Shown here piece after piece: positions 63,234 through 64,000 of a stretch of 64,000 nucleotides of DNA. The notes under the pieces were generated by a model. That model made no database searches. It saw only the letters and a program-made list of their open reading frames with translations, and was not told where the DNA came from. The translations under genes and the position numbers were made by a program. The stretch is from Oikopleura dioica (lineage: Eukaryota > Animalia > Chordata), in contig OU015570.1 in the NCBI GenBank assembly GCA_907165135.1, forward strand, positions 434,001-498,000, written 5' to 3'. Positions within the stretch are counted from its first letter, which is position 1. Every line of letters begins with the position of its first letter.

Positions 63234-63394
63234 CAGTGGGTTGCGCAGGTAGTTGCCCCCTAAAGAGCGGGCGAAGGGTCAACCAATCCTGCAATCACTT
63301 TGAGCAAGTCTAGAAAGAAACAATAGAAAAAGCGCGGGCGAAGGGGCAACCAAAGCGGCAATCGCAAAGGGTCAACTACCTGCGCAACCCACTG
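63234..63394. mobile_element. Complete 161-bp Tc1/pogo-type MITE (family O)
   Basis: TIR CAGTGGGTTGCGCAGGTAGTTG; TA flanks. Confidence 0.85.
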
Positions 63395-64000
63395 TACGGT
63401 ATATGTCGACTTTTGAAAATCCAATTTGCTGGTCAGCCAATCAAAGCTCTGGAAAGCCTTAGTGGCAGCGCTTCTCGGGTTTTGAGTCTGAAATACTCGG
63501 TATAAGCAGAATCGCAAAAGAAAAAGTTGGAGAAAATCACATGAGTTGGTTAAACTCTATCTCTAGGGTTCGCGCCCAAAAACTATCTTCTGATAGACAG
63601 ATGGATTTTTTTTCAAATTTCTACAGGTGAAATAAACATGTTTAATGATTTAAAATACATGTTTTCGAGAAAAAATATTAAAGGGTTGAAGAGATACCGA
63701 TGAAAGTAGGGGTTGCCCTGGACTCGAGCCCGAATTAGCGACACCAAGTGTGCGTGTTTCGCTTTTTCCTTAAGCGGAGGACCATGCGGAGCCTCCGCGG
63801 CGGAGGAACCCGCCAGCTGGAAGAATTCTCTTTACGAAAAGAAAATCCTCTCACTGAACTCTCGCATTATTGGATTTCATTTTCATGTGAGCTAAAAGGG
63901 AACTAAAAAAAATTCATAAATATTCGTTTTGAAAAAAAATCCAAAATTTTCATTTTCTTCGAAAAGCTTTCTAAGGTGATAAAAATAATTTTAAAAACAA

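Overview
AT-rich animal genomic DNA, almost entirely filled with nested transposable elements. Introns of 41-45 bp and possible GA splice donors fit a larvacean tunicate such as Oikopleura, but the organism is inferred, not shown. Main content: (1) an apparently intact 4.66-kb hAT-type DNA transposon (30374-35032) whose 738-aa DDE transposase is split by three short introns; (2) three disrupted Penelope-like retroelements (RT + GIY-YIG) and an older fragment of one, each main family carrying its own minimal hammerhead ribozyme in its pseudo-LTR, plus one orphan hammerhead; (3) a young 3.9-kb LTR element with PBS, PPT and TSD but no recognisable gag-pol, which carries two copies of an unassigned covarying stem-loop motif; (4) a 3.2-kb satellite whose 55-bp unit is a whole 52-bp mini-transposon plus a 3-bp spacer; (5) dozens of MITEs of hAT, pogo/Tc1, piggyBac/Kolobok-like, MULE-like and Harbinger-like type, nested up to four deep; (6) one clear host exon similar to soluble adenylyl cyclase (ADCY10) and several orphan plus-strand exon candidates, suggesting a gene with very large TE-filled introns. 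All calls come from manual reading; no database search was run.
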